DNA from: Leptonemataceae bacterium
GTDB taxonomy: Bacteria > Spirochaetota > Leptospiria > Leptospirales > Leptonemataceae
Length of the DNA: 64,000 nucleotides
Assembly (NCBI GenBank): GCA_965227295.1
Contig: OZ245742.1
Span: forward strand, 5,248,001 to 5,312,000
Reading direction: 5' to 3'
Made by a program: the position numbers and the translations under genes. Numbering within the stretch: position 1 is the first letter of the stretch; every line of letters starts with the position of its first letter. The notes beneath the pieces are model-generated. The model saw only the letters and a list, made by a program, of their open reading frames with translations, had not been told where the DNA came from and did no database searches. Of the stretch, positions 61,950 through 64,000 are shown in pieces.

Positions 61950-62648
61950 TTACTGATTGCCCGTCGACGGGGCGAGGCCGGCGAGATCGCGTTCCAGTTG
62001 ATCCACGCGCTGTTGGGAAAACGAGGACAGATGCGGCCATACCAGGTCATCCTCCCGGAGCTCGCGCAGGACCTGTCGGGCCTCTCGGGCCCGGGCCTGG
62101 CGGGCGTAACACTCGGCGCCGTCGATGCGGAAGACGGCGAGATCGTCGTAAGATTGCAAACGCCAGTCCCGGGTGGAATTCCAGACTTCCCGGGTGTAGA
62201 CGTAGCCGTGTTCCTCGGCCAGGCCGAAGGCCGTGGTCAGGCCGATGCGGCTCACGCATTCTGTGGACGCAAGGCCGTCGGACTCCGCCGCAATTTCCAT
62301 GGCGATGATGGGACTGCACACCAGGGTACCGAACGCAATGCCCCCGCCGACGTAGACGACGGTCTCACCGACGGCAGTGGCGCCGCTCGCGGTCGCGGAC
62401 ACCACCGTGCCCGCCCCGCTTTGCGCCTGACCGGCCATGGTCGCCACGGAACGCCGACGATCGTACTCCCGCACCAGGGCGGCGCAGGTTTCCGGGGCGC
62501 CGTGAGGCGCGGAGTCGGTCGCGGAAGATGAGTCGGTTGTGGAAGATGAGGGCGAAGATCGATCCTGCGCCGGGGCTCGGTGTGCGGTCCCGGCGCAGGT
62601 CGGTAGCAGCCATAAACAGAGGGCCGACAGAAGGATGAGGGAAATCAT
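61950..62648 (-). CDS. Hypothetical lipoprotein
   Basis: Hydrophobic N-terminus with Cys; Ser/Thr linker. Confidence 0.6.
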   Translation of the reverse strand: MISLILLSALCLWLLPTCAGTAHRAPAQDRSSPSSSTTDSSSATDSAPHGAPETCAALVREYDRRRSVATMAGQAQSGAGTVVSATASGATAVGETVVYVGGGIAFGTLVCSPIIAMEIAAESDGLASTECVSRIGLTTAFGLAEEHGYVYTREVWNSTRDWRLQSYDDLAVFRIDGAECYARQARAREARQVLRELREDDLVWPHLSSFSQQRVDQLERDLAGLAPSTGNQ

Positions 62649-62781
62649 CGTTCTCGCCGCCACTGCGGAGGAGGAACCGGGGTGAGCGATTCTGTTCACG
62701 GCTCCCATTGGACGACACCGACCCGCCGGGGTTCAAGAATTTTCCGGTTGCGGGACTATCTTACGTACAAATCGTGCGAGC

Positions 62782-63606
62782 GTGAGCACTTTGCAAGAAC
62801 AGAAGCCGGATCGCGTCGTGGGTCTGATCCTGGACTGGGCCGGAACTGCCGTGGACCACGGCTGCATCGGTCCGGTGGCGGTCTTCCTCGAAGCCTTCGA
62901 ACGCCAGGGCGTGGAGGTAAACATCGAGGAGGCCCGGGGTCCCATGGGCATGATGAAACGCGACCACATCGTGGAGATGTGTAAGATGCCCTCGGTCCGC
63001 GAACGCTGGCGACAGGTGCACGGCCGCGATCCCGAAGAACGCGACATCGATGCCATGTACGCCTTCACCGAACCGCGCATGATCGAAGCCGTGGCGGAAC
63101 ACAGCGAACCCATCGCCGGCGTGCCTGAGTTCGCGGCGGAGATGCGCCGCCGGGGCATCAAGATCGGCAGCACCACCGGCTACACACGGTCGATCATGGA
63201 CGTGGTCACGGCGCGGGCCGGAGAACGCGGCTACGCGCCGGATGCGGTGGTGACTTCGGACGAGGTGCCCATGGGACGCCCGGCCCCGTACATGTGCTAC
63301 GCCGCCTGCATTCGGATGCAGATCTTCCCCTTCGCCGCCATGGTCAAGATCGGCGATACCGTGAGCGACATGCTGGAAGGCCGGAACGCCGGCATGTGGA
63401 CCGTGGGCGTGAGTCGCACGGGCAACGAACTCGGCCTCAGCGCGCAAGAGGTCGAGGCGGCCGCCGGAGACCTTCGCGAACGATTAAGTGCCATTGAAGC
63501 AAAGCTAAGAGACGCCGGCGCACACTACGTCATTGAATCCGCGGCGGACTGCCTGCCGATCATCGAAGCGATCGACGAACGACTGAAGAACGGGGAGCGC
63601 CCGTAA
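62782..63606 (+). CDS. phnX: Phosphonoacetaldehyde hydrolase (phosphonatase)
   Basis: [48 protein letters not shown]. Confidence 0.96.
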   Translation: MSTLQEQKPDRVVGLILDWAGTAVDHGCIGPVAVFLEAFERQGVEVNIEEARGPMGMMKRDHIVEMCKMPSVRERWRQVHGRDPEERDIDAMYAFTEPRMIEAVAEHSEPIAGVPEFAAEMRRRGIKIGSTTGYTRSIMDVVTARAGERGYAPDAVVTSDEVPMGRPAPYMCYAACIRMQIFPFAAMVKIGDTVSDMLEGRNAGMWTVGVSRTGNELGLSAQEVEAAAGDLRERLSAIEAKLRDAGAHYVIESAADCLPIIEAIDERLKNGERP

Positions 63607-63617
63607 CCATACTCAAC

Positions 63618-64000
63618 ATGAACCTGGATCACATCCCCGATAACCCCTATCTCCTGCTCACCCCCGGCCCGCTCTCCACGTCAAAGGGCGTACGCGCCGC
63701 CTTGCTGCGCGACTGGTGCACCTGGGACGCGGAGTACAACGCCGTCGTCCAGGGCGTACGCTCGAATCTTGTGGAACTGGCCTGCGTGCGCGAACAGGAC
63801 CAGGCCGACTACACCTGCGCGCTCATGCAGGGCAGCGGGACCTTCAGCGTGGAGGCGGTCATCGGCAGCGCCCTCGCGGACGACGGTCGCCTGCTGGTGA
63901 TTGCGAACGGCGCCTACGGGCAGCGCATCGCGAAGATCGCGCAGGCCCTGCGCATCGATCACATCGTCCACGACTCCGGCGAAAGCGCCCCGCCGGATCT
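63618..64000 (+). CDS. phnW: 2-aminoethylphosphonate-pyruvate transaminase, 5' part; runs off window edge
   Basis: Manual translation: [45 protein letters not shown]. Confidence 0.95.
   Translation, partial: MNLDHIPDNPYLLLTPGPLSTSKGVRAALLRDWCTWDAEYNAVVQGVRSNLVELACVREQDQADYTCALMQGSGTFSVEAVIGSALADDGRLLVIANGAYGQRIAKIAQALRIDHIVHDSGESAPPD

Overview
High-GC chromosomal window that most resembles a Leptospiraceae-like spirochaete. This is an inference from the LruC-domain lipoprotein, the several class III cyclases and 7TM-DISM sensors, the bactofilin and the rho/rpmE context. Left half: signalling and accessory genes, including three adenylate/guanylate cyclases, a cyclic-nucleotide-gated channel, two paralogous 7TM-DISM hybrid kinases, an MCP plus SCO pair and beta-propeller lipoproteins. 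It also holds a non-coding array of four ~330-bp tandem repeats with a fifth inverted copy, and tRNA-Asn followed by a duplicate of its own 3' end. Middle: a MoxR-DUF58-transglutaminase-PQQ-propeller operon. The main result is a ~14-kb, six-gene plus-strand operon (41962-55896) lying between rpmE and rho, opposite in orientation to both. It encodes two large uncharacterised proteins, a small phage-like helical protein, a tail-fibre-like protein, a low-GC ComEC-type metallo-beta-lactamase-fold hydrolase and a 1516-aa DUF6603-like protein. I propose it as a candidate novel particle or toxin-delivery system with no sheath, tube or capsid genes. Right end: rho, LysM-M23, bactofilin, TPR, STAS and phnX-phnW. 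All family assignments come from motif recognition by eye; no searches were run.
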